64,000 nt of DNA. Source: an uncultured Verrucomicrobiota bacterium. Its GTDB lineage: Bacteria; Verrucomicrobiota; Verrucomicrobiia; Verrucomicrobiales; V1-33. Shown here piece by piece: positions 24,452 through 35,500 of the stretch (its first letter is position 1; every line of letters begins with the position of its first letter). The stretch spans positions 3,456,022-3,520,021 of the forward strand of contig OW818657.1 of NCBI GenBank assembly GCA_942492905.1, in the 5' to 3' direction. Position numbers and translations under genes: made by a program. Under the pieces are notes generated by a model. The model did not search any database. It was not told the DNA's origin and worked only from the letters and a program-made list of their open reading frames with translations.

Positions 24452-26656
24452 TTACGGCGACTCGAAAGAAACCACGATGGCTTCGTTCTGTTTCCAGCTG
24501 AAGGAAAACTCCCGGCCCGTGTCATGATTCTTGCCAGTCCGTTCGTCCCGCAATCCCTTCACATCGGAATCAAACTGGAGGGTGACCGGAATCATGGCCG
24601 TCTTGAGTCCAACGGAATTGCCCCCACCAAGGTCGGTGCCGCTGATCTCAGGATTCAGACCAACAAAAAGAAGGGTGCGGGAGGGTTGCCCCGGAGCACC
24701 CGGCTGGGTCCAATAAGTGATTTCATAACCGTGTTCAAGATCACCGGTGTCTTTGAGGCGCACCCAAGGGCTGGCTCCGGCGGTCCGCAAATGGCTCATA
24801 AAAACCTCCCGTTGCCCCGAGGGACTAGCCCCGACCGTCCGGTAGGCGTTATAATACTGGGGGGAGAGATTCATCAGCACCGCAGTGCCGCGGCCATGAC
24901 GGTTTGAGGTATTCACCGGCAGGGTGCGCACCGCCCGATGGAACCCACTGGCATCCTTGAGGGCGGTATTCTGATTAGTGAGGAATTCCTCATGGGTCTT
25001 CCACCCATAATTCGCATCCTGATCCACTTCGACCCAGAGCCGGGTCCCGAAGACATCGCCCGCTTTGAGTCCGGGGTCATGATGGACTCCGAACAGATCA
25101 TCCAGAACGCCCCCGGTGCTGCGCCCTTTGCCATGCTGGTCCCATAGGCCCGGCAGGTAATCGGCGATAACCGTTCCGCCCCGCTGGCAGAAGTCCCGGA
25201 TCTGTCGCGCTTCCGCATCGGACAGGCATAGGCAGGCCGGCAAAATGAGGACTTTATATCCGGGAGCAATGCCGCGCTGGATCACATCGGCATAACTCAG
25301 ATAGTTGTATTGCAGGCCGGAGTCGCGCAACATGTTCTCCCACGCCTGCCGCACGTGGGCGCTGCTGCTGAGCCGGGCATCGTCATTGCGGTTGGTCCAT
25401 GTTTTGCCATGGGCTTCCGCATCGAGAATCCAGCCAAGCTGGATGGAGGCATGGCTGTAATACAGGGCCACTCCATCATGCTTCCACTCCGCCCCGCTCA
25501 TCAGGGGGCCTATCTTTTTTCCGGCCTCCAGCAGGGTTGGCGCCACCTGATCATGCCATGCCTTGGGTGTCTGACCATCGAACCAGCCTTCGACCCAGCC
25601 GATGTGGCCGCGGTTGCCATGGGCGAGGTAGTACCATGTTTGCCAGAGGGTATCGTCCACGGAACGATGGAACAGACTGGTCACCGCCGGCAGGGCGTTG
25701 CGTGGATTGAAGGAGCGGATGATCGCCTGGGAGGAACCGAGATTGTAGGATTCAATAAACTGCACCTTGTGCATCAGCTTGGCGTAATCATATCCCCCAA
25801 AGGCACTGGGGGCCTGCCCTCCCACAAAACCACAGGGCGTCGCAGGATCGAGGGTGTTGGCATACTCCACCAGCCCACCAAGGGTATTGGCCCATAAGGA
25901 ATCATTGAAACTCCACTGGTCCATCAGCGGACTGGCATCAAACTCCCTGACACTCCACTCTGCCAGACGGGCCCTCAGGTCCTCATAACTGATCCACTTC
26001 TCCCGGACCGGAGCCTTGTCCCCATAGACCTCCCGGAGCCATCGGGGATAGGCTGCGGCGTCATCGGTCACCTGCCACATGGTGGGATGGATAAAGTGCC
26101 CCCAGGACGGTTCATCATCGAGCGCATAGGCCGCACGCCAGGGCGATCCCTTCACTGCAGCGATGTTCTTCCGCAGATGTTCCTGCAGTCTGCTGCGGGT
26201 AGCCTCATTGAGCGGAACCGGACGGATACCGGTGCCGTGCAACTGGTCAAGATGGGGCTTCACCGCATTGCCATCCCACAAATGCAGCAGCCCCTTGTCG
26301 GCCGCATGATCGACATAAAACCGCAGCTTGAACTGATTGATCCAGTCCAGCCTTCCCGTCTTCACCCCGCCCGCCCCGATCCCGTCGCGATCCACAAAAG
26401 CTCCATTGTAGCCGTGTTCCACACTCCAACGGCCGGAGTCCTCCGTGAATCCGATGGTCCATTGATAGGTCCAGGGCATGAACGTCCACCCGGGAAAGGC
26501 CTGCCAAGCCCATGCCTTGTCCTGCTTGACGGAGCGGAAATCCTCCGAATTCTTCACATACGATTCATAGGCATCGGCGGCCCGCGCCGCCGGCAGGGTC
26601 GCCGCCAGGCAGACGAGACCAGTCAACAGCATGGATGGGAATGGTGGGGAAATCAT
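24452..26656 (-). CDS. secreted glycoside-hydrolase-like protein (GH42-like layout: barrel + GATase1-like 'trimerisation' domain + beta-sandwich); function uncertain
   Basis: Signal peptide MISPPFPSMLLTGLVCLAATLPAARA. YALDDEPSWG in the barrel-like part. YKVLILPACLCLSDAEARQIRDFCQRGGTVIADYLPG resembles the GH42 beta-galactosidase trimerisation domain. Confidence 0.5.
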   Translation of the reverse strand: MISPPFPSMLLTGLVCLAATLPAARAADAYESYVKNSEDFRSVKQDKAWAWQAFPGWTFMPWTYQWTIGFTEDSGRWSVEHGYNGAFVDRDGIGAGGVKTGRLDWINQFKLRFYVDHAADKGLLHLWDGNAVKPHLDQLHGTGIRPVPLNEATRSRLQEHLRKNIAAVKGSPWRAAYALDDEPSWGHFIHPTMWQVTDDAAAYPRWLREVYGDKAPVREKWISYEDLRARLAEWSVREFDASPLMDQWSFNDSLWANTLGGLVEYANTLDPATPCGFVGGQAPSAFGGYDYAKLMHKVQFIESYNLGSSQAIIRSFNPRNALPAVTSLFHRSVDDTLWQTWYYLAHGNRGHIGWVEGWFDGQTPKAWHDQVAPTLLEAGKKIGPLMSGAEWKHDGVALYYSHASIQLGWILDAEAHGKTWTNRNDDARLSSSAHVRQAWENMLRDSGLQYNYLSYADVIQRGIAPGYKVLILPACLCLSDAEARQIRDFCQRGGTVIADYLPGLWDQHGKGRSTGGVLDDLFGVHHDPGLKAGDVFGTRLWVEVDQDANYGWKTHEEFLTNQNTALKDASGFHRAVRTLPVNTSNRHGRGTAVLMNLSPQYYNAYRTVGASPSGQREVFMSHLRTAGASPWVRLKDTGDLEHGYEITYWTQPGAPGQPSRTLLFVGLNPEISGTDLGGGNSVGLKTAMIPVTLQFDSDVKGLRDERTGKNHDTGREFSFSWKQNEAIVVSFESP

Positions 26657-26705
26657 AAGGGATAGATAAACAAATGAATTCTCCGGTGTGGGTTTTGTGA
26701 TTCCG

Positions 26706-27671
26706 CTATTTCGCCGAGGCTTTGGCCAGCACCTCCTTCAGCAGGACGGGCTTGCCCCCCTGACGTTTGCTTTCATCGGCGGCTTCCATGAAGGCAAAAA
26801 GCTCCTTGGTTTCTGCGATGTCGATCGGAGATTTTTTGGTCTGGAAGAATTTCACGATTTCCACGACCAACGGGGCATAGCCATCAAAGGCTCCGATGGG
26901 CGCTTCCCCTTTTTCTCCCTGGGCGGTTCCGCCGTAGGTGTTGCTTTCGCGGAAAATGCCCTGCCTCCCGCCTTTCCATTGGCCGACGACTTCAATCTTG
27001 CCATCCGCGGTGGTCCGGCGTTCGACGGATTCACAACCGGTGCCCATCACCGTGAACAACGACTCGCAGCCGTGGACGCCATACCAATACAGATCCGGAT
27101 GCGTAGCCTCAAGGTGAGCCGGGCTGGTGGTCACGGCGCTCAGCACCTTGCCGATGCTGCCGCCGCGGACGGCCTGGGTTGTTTTAGCAAAGCGCAGGGA
27201 GGAGGAAGTGAACAAAGGCACGCCGGCTTTTTCCGCGAGATCGATGATCTCCAACGCATCCTTCAAGGTGCCGCCGAGTGGCTTGTCAATGTAGAGCGGC
27301 TTGCCGGCGGCGATGACAATCCTCGCCTGTGCAAGGTGCGGGCGGCCATCCACGCTCTCGATCATCACGGCGTCCACCTCACGGCAGACTTCCTCGATGG
27401 AATCACAGATCTTCACGCCGAATTTATCGCGCAGCACGGCCGTATATTCCTCCACACGGCCGATACTGGAGGGAATGTCAGGGCTACCCCCCTTGAAGGC
27501 GGCGATCACTTTGGCGCCGGGCACGTGATCCTTGTGTGCCGCGTCATTGATGAGCTCCGTGAAAGCGGTGCAGTGGGAGGTGTCGAGCCCGATGATGCCC
27601 AGTTTCAGGTCCCCGGCCTGGGCATGGAGGCGGAGCATGGTCGCGAACAACAGAGTGAGGATGGGTTTCAT
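26706..27671 (-). CDS. Gfo/Idh/MocA-family oxidoreductase with N-terminal Sec-type signal peptide
   Basis: MKPILTLLFATMLRLHAQA then Rossmann start LKLGIIGLDTSHCTAF. 321 aa. The start lies 9 nt below the stop of the upstream heme protein. Confidence 0.8.
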   Translation of the reverse strand: MKPILTLLFATMLRLHAQAGDLKLGIIGLDTSHCTAFTELINDAAHKDHVPGAKVIAAFKGGSPDIPSSIGRVEEYTAVLRDKFGVKICDSIEEVCREVDAVMIESVDGRPHLAQARIVIAAGKPLYIDKPLGGTLKDALEIIDLAEKAGVPLFTSSSLRFAKTTQAVRGGSIGKVLSAVTTSPAHLEATHPDLYWYGVHGCESLFTVMGTGCESVERRTTADGKIEVVGQWKGGRQGIFRESNTYGGTAQGEKGEAPIGAFDGYAPLVVEIVKFFQTKKSPIDIAETKELFAFMEAADESKRQGGKPVLLKEVLAKASAK

Positions 27672-27680
27672 ATTCAGGGG

Positions 27681-30600
27681 TTATTTGGTGATCGGCTGGG
27701 ATTGTCGGAGATAGGCGAACAGGTGCTGGATGTCCTCGTCACTCATGCCCTCCAGCAGGCCGGGAGGCATGAGGCTGAAACCGGCGGGCGTCAGCGTGGC
27801 CACATCGTCGCGGCGGAGATTGATGTCGGCCCCGTCGAATCCGCGCAGCACCAGGTTTCCGGCATCCTGATCCGCTAGGAATCCACTGAGAGTGCGCCCA
27901 TCCTTGGTGGTAACGAGATGATTGGCGAAGCCTTCGCGGATCTCCGCGTTGGGATCAATGATACTGACCAGCATGGTGCCGAGATCATCGCGCTGATAGC
28001 TGGTCAGGTCCGGGCCGATTTTCCCGCCTTTGAAAAACAGGGTATGACAGGCAGCACATTTTGCCATGTAGAGCGGCTCGCCCTTGTAGGGATCGCCAGG
28101 TTTCGCCGCGATGATGGCAGTCACCTGCTGAATACGGGGGCGCAGTGCCGCGCTGGCCGGAGGGAGCGTCGCTGGGAAATGCTGGTCCAGCAGCGTCTTC
28201 AACGCATCGTCCCGGTGCAACCGCAGGCGGCTGAGCACATCCGCAGAAAAGCCAGTCTTCGCCACCCGGCCCGTGGCCACGGCCTCCAGCAGGAACCGGC
28301 TCCAGGCGAGTCGGCTTGTCAGCAGATTGAGCGAGGCGGATTGGACCGGTGCCGGAAGCTCTGTCCAGGATTGCAGCACCCGCTCAGCTATTTCGGAATC
28401 ATCATAGATTTGCAGCGCGGTGCAGGCCGCCATCCGCAGTTCCACCGGACCGTCGGCCTTGGCAATGACCAGCAATTCCGGTACTGCGGGCGGATGCTTC
28501 ACTTCACCGAAAACCCTGACCACGGCGAGACGGTCGGCAGGCACGGCTTTGGCATCCTTGAGCAAGGCCAGGGCCTCTGTCAGGGCCGCCGGTTCCGTGT
28601 GACGCACCCGCATCGTCAGAGTCATCTGGCCACCCGCTGCCAGCGCCTTCAGGAGTTCCTCCGGCAGCACCGGCAGGGACCGGCCCTCGAAGGCCTCACC
28701 AAATCCCTGCATCAGCGCCTTCCGCTCTGCTGCTCCCGGCGCCCGGTCCAGCAAGGTGGCACAGGCGATCCATTCCTGGCGGGTCCCGGGCTCCGCAAAA
28801 CGCCGCATGATGCGCCACAACAGGTGCTTCGCCACCAGCGGCGAACGTTGGAAGGCGGCATCCTCAAACAAAGCCAGCACCGACTCCCGGTCGCGGGCAC
28901 AGTGTGATTCAATGACAAACCACGCCATCAACGGGATAAAGGCGTCTGCTTCATCCCCGCTGCGGCCGGCGACAGCTTTCGTTAGACGCAAGGCATCCGT
29001 CACCCCCAGCCGCCGGGCCGTGGAAAGCATCTGGCAACGCACCTCCGCCTCCGGCTCGGTGGCCGCCAACCAGGTGACGGCTTCCATCACCGGCGGGGAA
29101 AGGGATCGTGCATCCCCGAGCAGGCGGATCGTCCAGGCGCGCACCATCGGAGCGGGGTGCTGTAGAGCGCGCAGGGCCAGCGGTTCGGTCAGGCGTCCCA
29201 TTTGGCCGAGGGCCCAGAGCGCCTCCAGAGCGGGATGCGTGGACTGCCCCGCCAGTTCCGCTTCCAGGAGTGGCGCGGCCTCACGTTTCTCGGCCAGCAG
29301 GCGCACCGCCGTCTGGCGCTGCCACACATTCGGATGCGCCAACAGTTTCACCAACTGCTCCGCGGTCTTTTTGGACAAGTCCACTTCCCGCTCCAACGGC
29401 AGATCCTTGCCGCGCAGCCGGTAAATCCGGCCGGTCGCGGGGTCGATCTGACTTTGATAGTTCTGGCCATGCGCGATGTATTCCTCGCGGAAATCAGCCA
29501 CCAACAGCGAACCGTCCGGCGCATTGGCCAGATACACGGGCCGGAAGGTCAGATCGTCCGAGTGCATAAAATTCCCGGCATCAGTGGTGTGGAAAGTGGA
29601 GCCCTCGCGGTACCGCCCCGCGGCTATGATGTTATGGTGCAACGGATCCGCGGCCGCGAATTGGCCGCGCCAACGCGCCGGCAGCGCAGTGCCTTCGGCC
29701 ATCAGGGTCATGTGGGAGAAGCGGGCCACCGGATGGGTGCTCCGCATCATCGGCAGCTCGCCAAAGGCATAGGGATTCGGGGCCGGGCCGAATTTGCCGG
29801 CATCCTTCCCCTGTTTCAGATAGAGCCCGTCCTGGATATGATGCCAGCCCCGCGTGTCGCCACCATTGTGTCCCGTGAAAAGCCTGCCTTCGGCATCAAA
29901 GGATATCCCGAAGGTGTTGCCGCTGCCGTCCGCGAAAATCTCATAGAAGCGCTTTTCCGGATGATACCGCCAGACCATGCAACCTTCCACAAAAACGCCC
30001 GGTGACCCGGCAGCATCAAGGCCGGGGCGCGTCACGCGGCTGGTGGTGGTGCTGCCCTGGGCGCCATAAATCCAGCCATCCGGCCCCCACGACAGGCCAT
30101 TGGCCACACTGTGGGTATCCTCCAGACCGAAACCCTGGAGCCGCACTTCCGGCGGGCCATCCGGCACATCATCCGCATCTGCATCGGGATAAAAAACAAG
30201 ATAGGGTGGATTCATCACCCAGATTCCACCGTGCCCCGTGAGCACCGCATTGGCCATGTTCAGACCTGTCAGGACCTGTTTGTGGGCATCATATCGTCCA
30301 TCGCCATCGGTGTCTTCGTGCACAGAGATGACATCCGCGCCCGGAGTCTGGTCCGGCGGCGGGGGCGGCACCCGGTCATACTTGGAACGATAATATTTGT
30401 CCCGACTGATCATTTTCACCCCGGCTGGATAAGGATACTGCCGGTATTGCGCCACCCAGAGCCGGCCACGGGCATCCCAACTGACCTGAGTGGGCTGCGC
30501 CACCTCCGGCTCATGGAGCAACTCCTCTACTATCAGATCCGGCTCCGTCTTCAGCAGCCGCAACGCCTCCTCCGGCGGCACAAACTTCCCGCGCTCCGGG

Positions 30601-31196
30601 TTGGGGTTCGCCTGCAGCACCGTGGTGCCCGGGTGGAAGTCGCTCTCCGCATACACTGCCGCACCGGGCGCGACCGTTGTCGCCATCAACTCTGCCGGCG
30701 TTGGCTCTGTTGTCGAAAGCTGCCATGGGCGCTCCAGCCGGAGTTCATCAAAATACCCTGCAAAGACCGGAGCCACCGTGAGCCCCTGCGGCGCGGCGGC
30801 ACCCTGAAATCGGATCACCAGCGCATTCCACGCCGCCTTTTGCAGAATGCCTTTGGGTACCTTGAACCGGCGCGGTTCATCCCGCAGGTCCGTGGTTTTG
30901 ATGATCTCCACCCCATTCAACAAAACGGAAACTTCCCCTGGCAGATGCTGCAGAGTCAGGGTCATGGAGTCCCGCCAGAGATCACTCCCCGCCGGGTCCA
31001 CCATATTGTCCGGTACCTTGAGCCAGCTCCGCAACCAAACGGGGCCCGCTGGCAACCCCGCCGGCTCCACGGCTACCGCACGCTCGCGCCACACCACCTG
31101 CCCTATCCCGGGGAGCGGGCCAGCCAACAGGACAACCACAGGAAAAAGGACCGGAAGAAAACGGAAAGGCCACCTCATTGGTTGATCATCCCTCAT
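27681..31196 (-). CDS. PVC-type heme-binding CxxCH protein (membrane-bound-dehydrogenase-like beta-propeller + HEAT repeats + cytochrome c domain)
   Basis: Propeller-type motifs (DGRYD..GIWV..SWGPDGWIYGAQGS), HEAT-like helical repeats, C-terminal heme motif KCAACHTLFFKGGKIGPDLT .. LMPPGLLEGMSDEDIQHLFAYL. Confidence 0.85.
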   Translation of the reverse strand: MRDDQPMRWPFRFLPVLFPVVVLLAGPLPGIGQVVWRERAVAVEPAGLPAGPVWLRSWLKVPDNMVDPAGSDLWRDSMTLTLQHLPGEVSVLLNGVEIIKTTDLRDEPRRFKVPKGILQKAAWNALVIRFQGAAAPQGLTVAPVFAGYFDELRLERPWQLSTTEPTPAELMATTVAPGAAVYAESDFHPGTTVLQANPNPERGKFVPPEEALRLLKTEPDLIVEELLHEPEVAQPTQVSWDARGRLWVAQYRQYPYPAGVKMISRDKYYRSKYDRVPPPPPDQTPGADVISVHEDTDGDGRYDAHKQVLTGLNMANAVLTGHGGIWVMNPPYLVFYPDADADDVPDGPPEVRLQGFGLEDTHSVANGLSWGPDGWIYGAQGSTTTSRVTRPGLDAAGSPGVFVEGCMVWRYHPEKRFYEIFADGSGNTFGISFDAEGRLFTGHNGGDTRGWHHIQDGLYLKQGKDAGKFGPAPNPYAFGELPMMRSTHPVARFSHMTLMAEGTALPARWRGQFAAADPLHHNIIAAGRYREGSTFHTTDAGNFMHSDDLTFRPVYLANAPDGSLLVADFREEYIAHGQNYQSQIDPATGRIYRLRGKDLPLEREVDLSKKTAEQLVKLLAHPNVWQRQTAVRLLAEKREAAPLLEAELAGQSTHPALEALWALGQMGRLTEPLALRALQHPAPMVRAWTIRLLGDARSLSPPVMEAVTWLAATEPEAEVRCQMLSTARRLGVTDALRLTKAVAGRSGDEADAFIPLMAWFVIESHCARDRESVLALFEDAAFQRSPLVAKHLLWRIMRRFAEPGTRQEWIACATLLDRAPGAAERKALMQGFGEAFEGRSLPVLPEELLKALAAGGQMTLTMRVRHTEPAALTEALALLKDAKAVPADRLAVVRVFGEVKHPPAVPELLVIAKADGPVELRMAACTALQIYDDSEIAERVLQSWTELPAPVQSASLNLLTSRLAWSRFLLEAVATGRVAKTGFSADVLSRLRLHRDDALKTLLDQHFPATLPPASAALRPRIQQVTAIIAAKPGDPYKGEPLYMAKCAACHTLFFKGGKIGPDLTSYQRDDLGTMLVSIIDPNAEIREGFANHLVTTKDGRTLSGFLADQDAGNLVLRGFDGADINLRRDDVATLTPAGFSLMPPGLLEGMSDEDIQHLFAYLRQSQPITK

Positions 31197-31290
31197 GTCC
31201 GGCCCTTGTGGCTACGGAAAAATTTTCAGATGGGGGCGAACTATCTTCCGCCACGTTGAAAGAATCACCGGAGTTCACCGGTGGAACTGA

Positions 31291-32499
31291 TCACTTCCGG
31301 GCGGCATGCTTGCGCAGCCAGGCCGGATAGTCGCGGTTCAGCAGATCTGCCGGCGCATCCGTGAACCAGGAATAACTGTTCCGCTTCACCTTGACTTCGC
31401 TGAAGGAAAACCGCTTGGCCCCATCCATATCACTGAAGAGCGGTCGGTTGGTTTCGATTTCGTAAAACCGGGCCCACTGCGGACCCCTCGTGCCTTTTTT
31501 TCCGAGCGTGGCAGCCTCGACGGTTGACCGGCGCAACCAGGCCACTGCGGCCTCCACGGCCCGCCTGACCTCGGGTGCAGGATTGCCGAGGGACATCAGA
31601 AACCTCACAATCCCCACCGTCTCTCCGCCGCTGAGCGAAGCCAGCTCGTAGGAACGGGCGCCAACCGGGACAAGACTGACCGGATGATGCTGGGCACACC
31701 ATGCCGTCAGGGTGCCGTTCACCCGGATCTGGCAACACAGGATGCATTCAATGCCCCGTTGCACCGCAGCCTCGATTTCAGTCCGCAGCTCCGCCCTGAC
31801 AAATTGCCACGGGGCTTTGCGGTTTTTGATGTTTTTCAACTGAATGAGGACGCGGACCATGGCATCATCATTGAAAGTGATCTGGTCATGATAGGTGCCC
31901 TGGAGCGGAAAGACCTGGGGCCAGCCTCCACTCGGCATCTGGGCGGCCAGCAGATAACGCAGCCCGCGTTCCGCCCCGGCCGCATAAGCCTCCTTGCCGG
32001 TGGCGGCGGCCATGCGGGCGAGAAACTCGATCTGGGAAGTGGTGGCCTTGTTGTCTATCGTGGCCACATAACCCCAATCCTCCCAGGGCGACCAGCGCTG
32101 GCCCGCAACACGGGGGCGGCGGGTCATTGCGGTGTTCTTGGTCCAACCGCCAGAGGGACTCTGCCAGGTCAGGAGGTTGTCCGCAATTTTACGCGCCTCG
32201 GTGCCCACGAACCAGGCGGCCGGTTTTTCCGGCACCTCAAAACCGGCCGCCCCCTTGGCCCGGGCGGCCTGCCGGCGGCCGGATCTGGCCAGTTCAAATT
32301 CGAAGACTTCGATTTCGTGCTGCCGCAACCGGTCTCCCTCCGCCAGCCAGCGGTCCCAAGGGGCCTTGGCTGCGGGAGGAAGTCCCAAGTAAACTGGGTC
32401 CCACATCAACTTCCCACGGACCCGGGCAGCCTCTGCGGCCTGGCTGTGCAGCCAGACCGGCAGACCGAGGGCGATAAGAAAAAAGGAGCGGCGTTTCAA
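31291..32499 (-). CDS. pectate lyase, PelA/Pel-15E (PL10) family
   Basis: Signal peptide; LLTWQSPSGGWTKN; ATIDNKATTSQIEFLA; AAQMPSGGWPQVFPLQGTYHDQITFNDDAM; WCAQHHPVSLVPVGARSYELASLSGGETVGIVRFLM. Confidence 0.8.
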   Translation of the reverse strand: MKRRSFFLIALGLPVWLHSQAAEAARVRGKLMWDPVYLGLPPAAKAPWDRWLAEGDRLRQHEIEVFEFELARSGRRQAARAKGAAGFEVPEKPAAWFVGTEARKIADNLLTWQSPSGGWTKNTAMTRRPRVAGQRWSPWEDWGYVATIDNKATTSQIEFLARMAAATGKEAYAAGAERGLRYLLAAQMPSGGWPQVFPLQGTYHDQITFNDDAMVRVLIQLKNIKNRKAPWQFVRAELRTEIEAAVQRGIECILCCQIRVNGTLTAWCAQHHPVSLVPVGARSYELASLSGGETVGIVRFLMSLGNPAPEVRRAVEAAVAWLRRSTVEAATLGKKGTRGPQWARFYEIETNRPLFSDMDGAKRFSFSEVKVKRNSYSWFTDAPADLLNRDYPAWLRKHAARK

Positions 32500-32561
32500 G
32501 CGGGGACCTGTGCCATGTGCCGGGGCAATTGCGAGACCAATCTTGCCGCGCCCCGCGATAA

Positions 32562-35500
32562 CTACTTCCCGGCAGCCCAGGCCACCGCGTTCTTCAGCAG
32601 CGTCTGGAAGGCGGGCAGGTCATGCGCCCGGGCGTCGTGACCGAGGGCGATGCCCGCAATGCGGGCTTTCTCATGGCGCACTGTGAAGATGTTCGGGAAC
32701 ACCTTGCCACTCTGCGCGCTGATGGCCTCTCCCAGCACTTCGATCGGGGACCCAGAGGCATCCGGAATCATGTAATAGAGTTCATCTATCAGGGTGAAGG
32801 ATGCCGGCACTCCCTTCATGATGGGATGTTCCGGTTTCGTGACTTTGACCTCGAAGGGTTTCGAGAGATTGTCATGTCCCCGGGAGCCGCCACCGGCATA
32901 GATTTTGTTGAATTCAGGCCAGTCCTTGAAGTTATACCACAGACCGGCGTGCAGCAGGACAATGCCTTTTCCCTTGGCGGCGAACTGTTCCAAAGCCGCC
33001 CGGAAGGCGATGTTGCCGAAGGTCCCCTGGTTGGTGCTGAACACCAACACGTCGGCTTCCGCCAATTTGGCAGCCGCCTCCTGGAAGTTTTCAGTGTATT
33101 GCACCGCGTAACCGGCTCCTTTCAGGATGGCGGTATCCGCCTCCTTGAAATACTTCTGGAAGTCGTGGGAGGATCCCCCGCCCGCCAGCAGCACCCGCGT
33201 TCCTTCGCCCCAGGCTTGGGGAGCTTCGGCGGCGGCGGTTTTCGGTGCTGGAGCCGGAGCGGCCGCAGGCTGGGTCAGAACTCCCGGAGCGGGGGCACCC
33301 GGTTCCGCGAGTTCAGCCGTGATGGCCAGAGTGGTCGGAGCGACACTGTTGGCGAAGCTCTCCAGCACCACACTATTGATGGCGCCGGTCCGGCTGAGCA
33401 GTTTGGTATACCAGCGGAGTTGAGCTCCGTTTTTCAGCAGGTCCGGCACGTAGCGCGAACCCGGGACTTCAAAGCGGCCAATGTAATCCGCGAACTCCAC
33501 GCCATCGTAAGTCAACAATTCCTCTTTCTGGCCGTCGGCAAAGTTCACGATGACTTTCAGGGCCGGCTCGCCCTTGCCCGGGTCCTTGGCACCCCACCCG
33601 GCAATACCACCGAGGAAATGCAGGCGGTTGGCCTTGAAGCCACCGACCGCCACTTCCACGCGCTGGGGCATGGTGCGGGCATAACCACCGCCACCTTTCA
33701 GCACCACCACGTTGCCGGTCGCACTCTTTTCAGGGGCGAGGATATTGAAGGGGATTCCTTCCACATTCACGGTGCCGGTCTTCTTCAGGATGATGGAGTC
33801 TTCCTTGTTTTCCGGGCTGAGATACAAGCCCTGGGCGGTGTTGGCGGTGTAGGCCTTGCGCAGATCAAGGGTGCGGAATTTTCCGCCGTCCACCGAAACC
33901 ATGTAAGTCAGGATATCACGCAGCATTTCCTCACCCAGGCCGTCAAAGCCTTCCGGCATCAGGCTGCGGCCGGTGTTCACGCGGCTCTTGATGTCGGCCA
34001 CTTTGACTTCCTGTTGGCCGGCGAGGCTCTTCAGGGTGATGCTGGAGGGATTCTCCCGCACAATGATCCCGGCGTAGAACTGCCCGTCCTTGGTTTCGAT
34101 ATTCCAAGTGAGGAAGGAGGGTTCCACCTCACGGTTCGGATCAACGATGGCGGTGAGCAATTCCGCAGGCCCATGGCTGCCCATGCCGGTCAGGCCAGGC
34201 CCGATTTCGGCGCCAGAGTCCCCGAATTTGTGACAGGTTGCACAAGTAGCCTGGAACATCAGTTTACCACGGACCGCATCCCCGGGCTTCTCGACCAACG
34301 GGGCCAGTTTTGCGATGATTTCCTCCTTGGCCTTGGCCATCGGATTCAACTGATCCAGCATGTCGTTGGCACGTTTGGCGACCACCTTGTCAGGATAGGT
34401 CCGGAGACGGAAGGCGTTGGCCGGGCCGAAGCTGGCGGGGTCGACTTGCTTGGCGGTGATCGCATCCAGCAGGGCGAGGGTCCAATCCGCCCGCTTCAGC
34501 AGCGTCTCAAAGGCGACCGGTTGAATGTCGGCGGGCAGTTTGTTGTAGGCTGCGCATACCACTGCACCGAGGGACGGTTCATTGAGTTCACCCAGCGCGC
34601 TGACGATACCGCGCTGGAGACCAGCCGGGGTATCGGTGCCGAGGAGTTTGGTCACCGTTGCCAGCGATTCCGGATTGGCGGAACGCAGGCCGAGCAGACT
34701 GCGGGCTGCAGCCACGCGGGCGTCCTCCGAAGCGCTGGTGTTGGTCAGGGTGGCAGTGATGCCGGTGGTGATTTTGCTGATCTCCGCTTTCAGGGAACCA
34801 TCACGGTCCCACTTGGCAGCCACCGGCAGGACGCTGCCGGACACGCCGCTGGCGAGGAGCTGGCCAAGCGCTGCGGACAATTCCGGCGTCATGGCGGGGG
34901 CTTCCTTCAAGGATTTGCCAAGCGTGTCCAGGATGGAGCGCTTCAGGGGATCGGTGGATTCGGGTTTGGAGGCGATCAGCGTCACCAGTTTGGCGGCCGC
35001 TGCGGTGTTATTATCGCGGGCGATGGTGTCCACCAATTGGGCCACGAGGGGAATCAAAGCAGTGGAATCGGCACTGTCCAAAGCGGCGGCAATGCTGCCG
35101 GCAGGATTACGGGAGGCGGCTCCCACGGCGGCGCTGCGCTGGAAGTCGTCGTCCAGCTTCGGCCAGGCGGCGATGATCTGCCGGGCCGCGGCGTCACTGA
35201 TCTCCATGGAACCCAGCGCGCGCAGGGCAGTCACCCGCACCGTGGCGTCGGGATCACCAATCAGACCGGCGGTTTGTTTCTCCGACTGAACGGAGGCGGT
35301 GGACACTTCAGCGACCCCGGCGGCATTCCGGCGGACCGTCAGGTCGGGATCAGCCAAGGCGGCGGTGAGCAATTCAGGGCTGACGGACTTCAGACCACTC
35401 AAGGTCCAGAGTGCGGCGATTTTTGCCTCAGCGCTGCCTTTCTGCAGCAGATTGGCGATCGGGGCCGCCGGGGCTCCTTTTTCAATCAGGAGCCGGCTGG

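Noticed and set aside
24452-24480. The GH42-like protein also ends in proline (..AIVVSFESP), so it was considered a fifth member of the C-terminal tail family
   Set aside because: It lacks the [FY][LY]R[LVI] motif, the DGDGQ loop and the G.xY.[IL]E.S..L..W strand. A terminal Pro alone is not enough.
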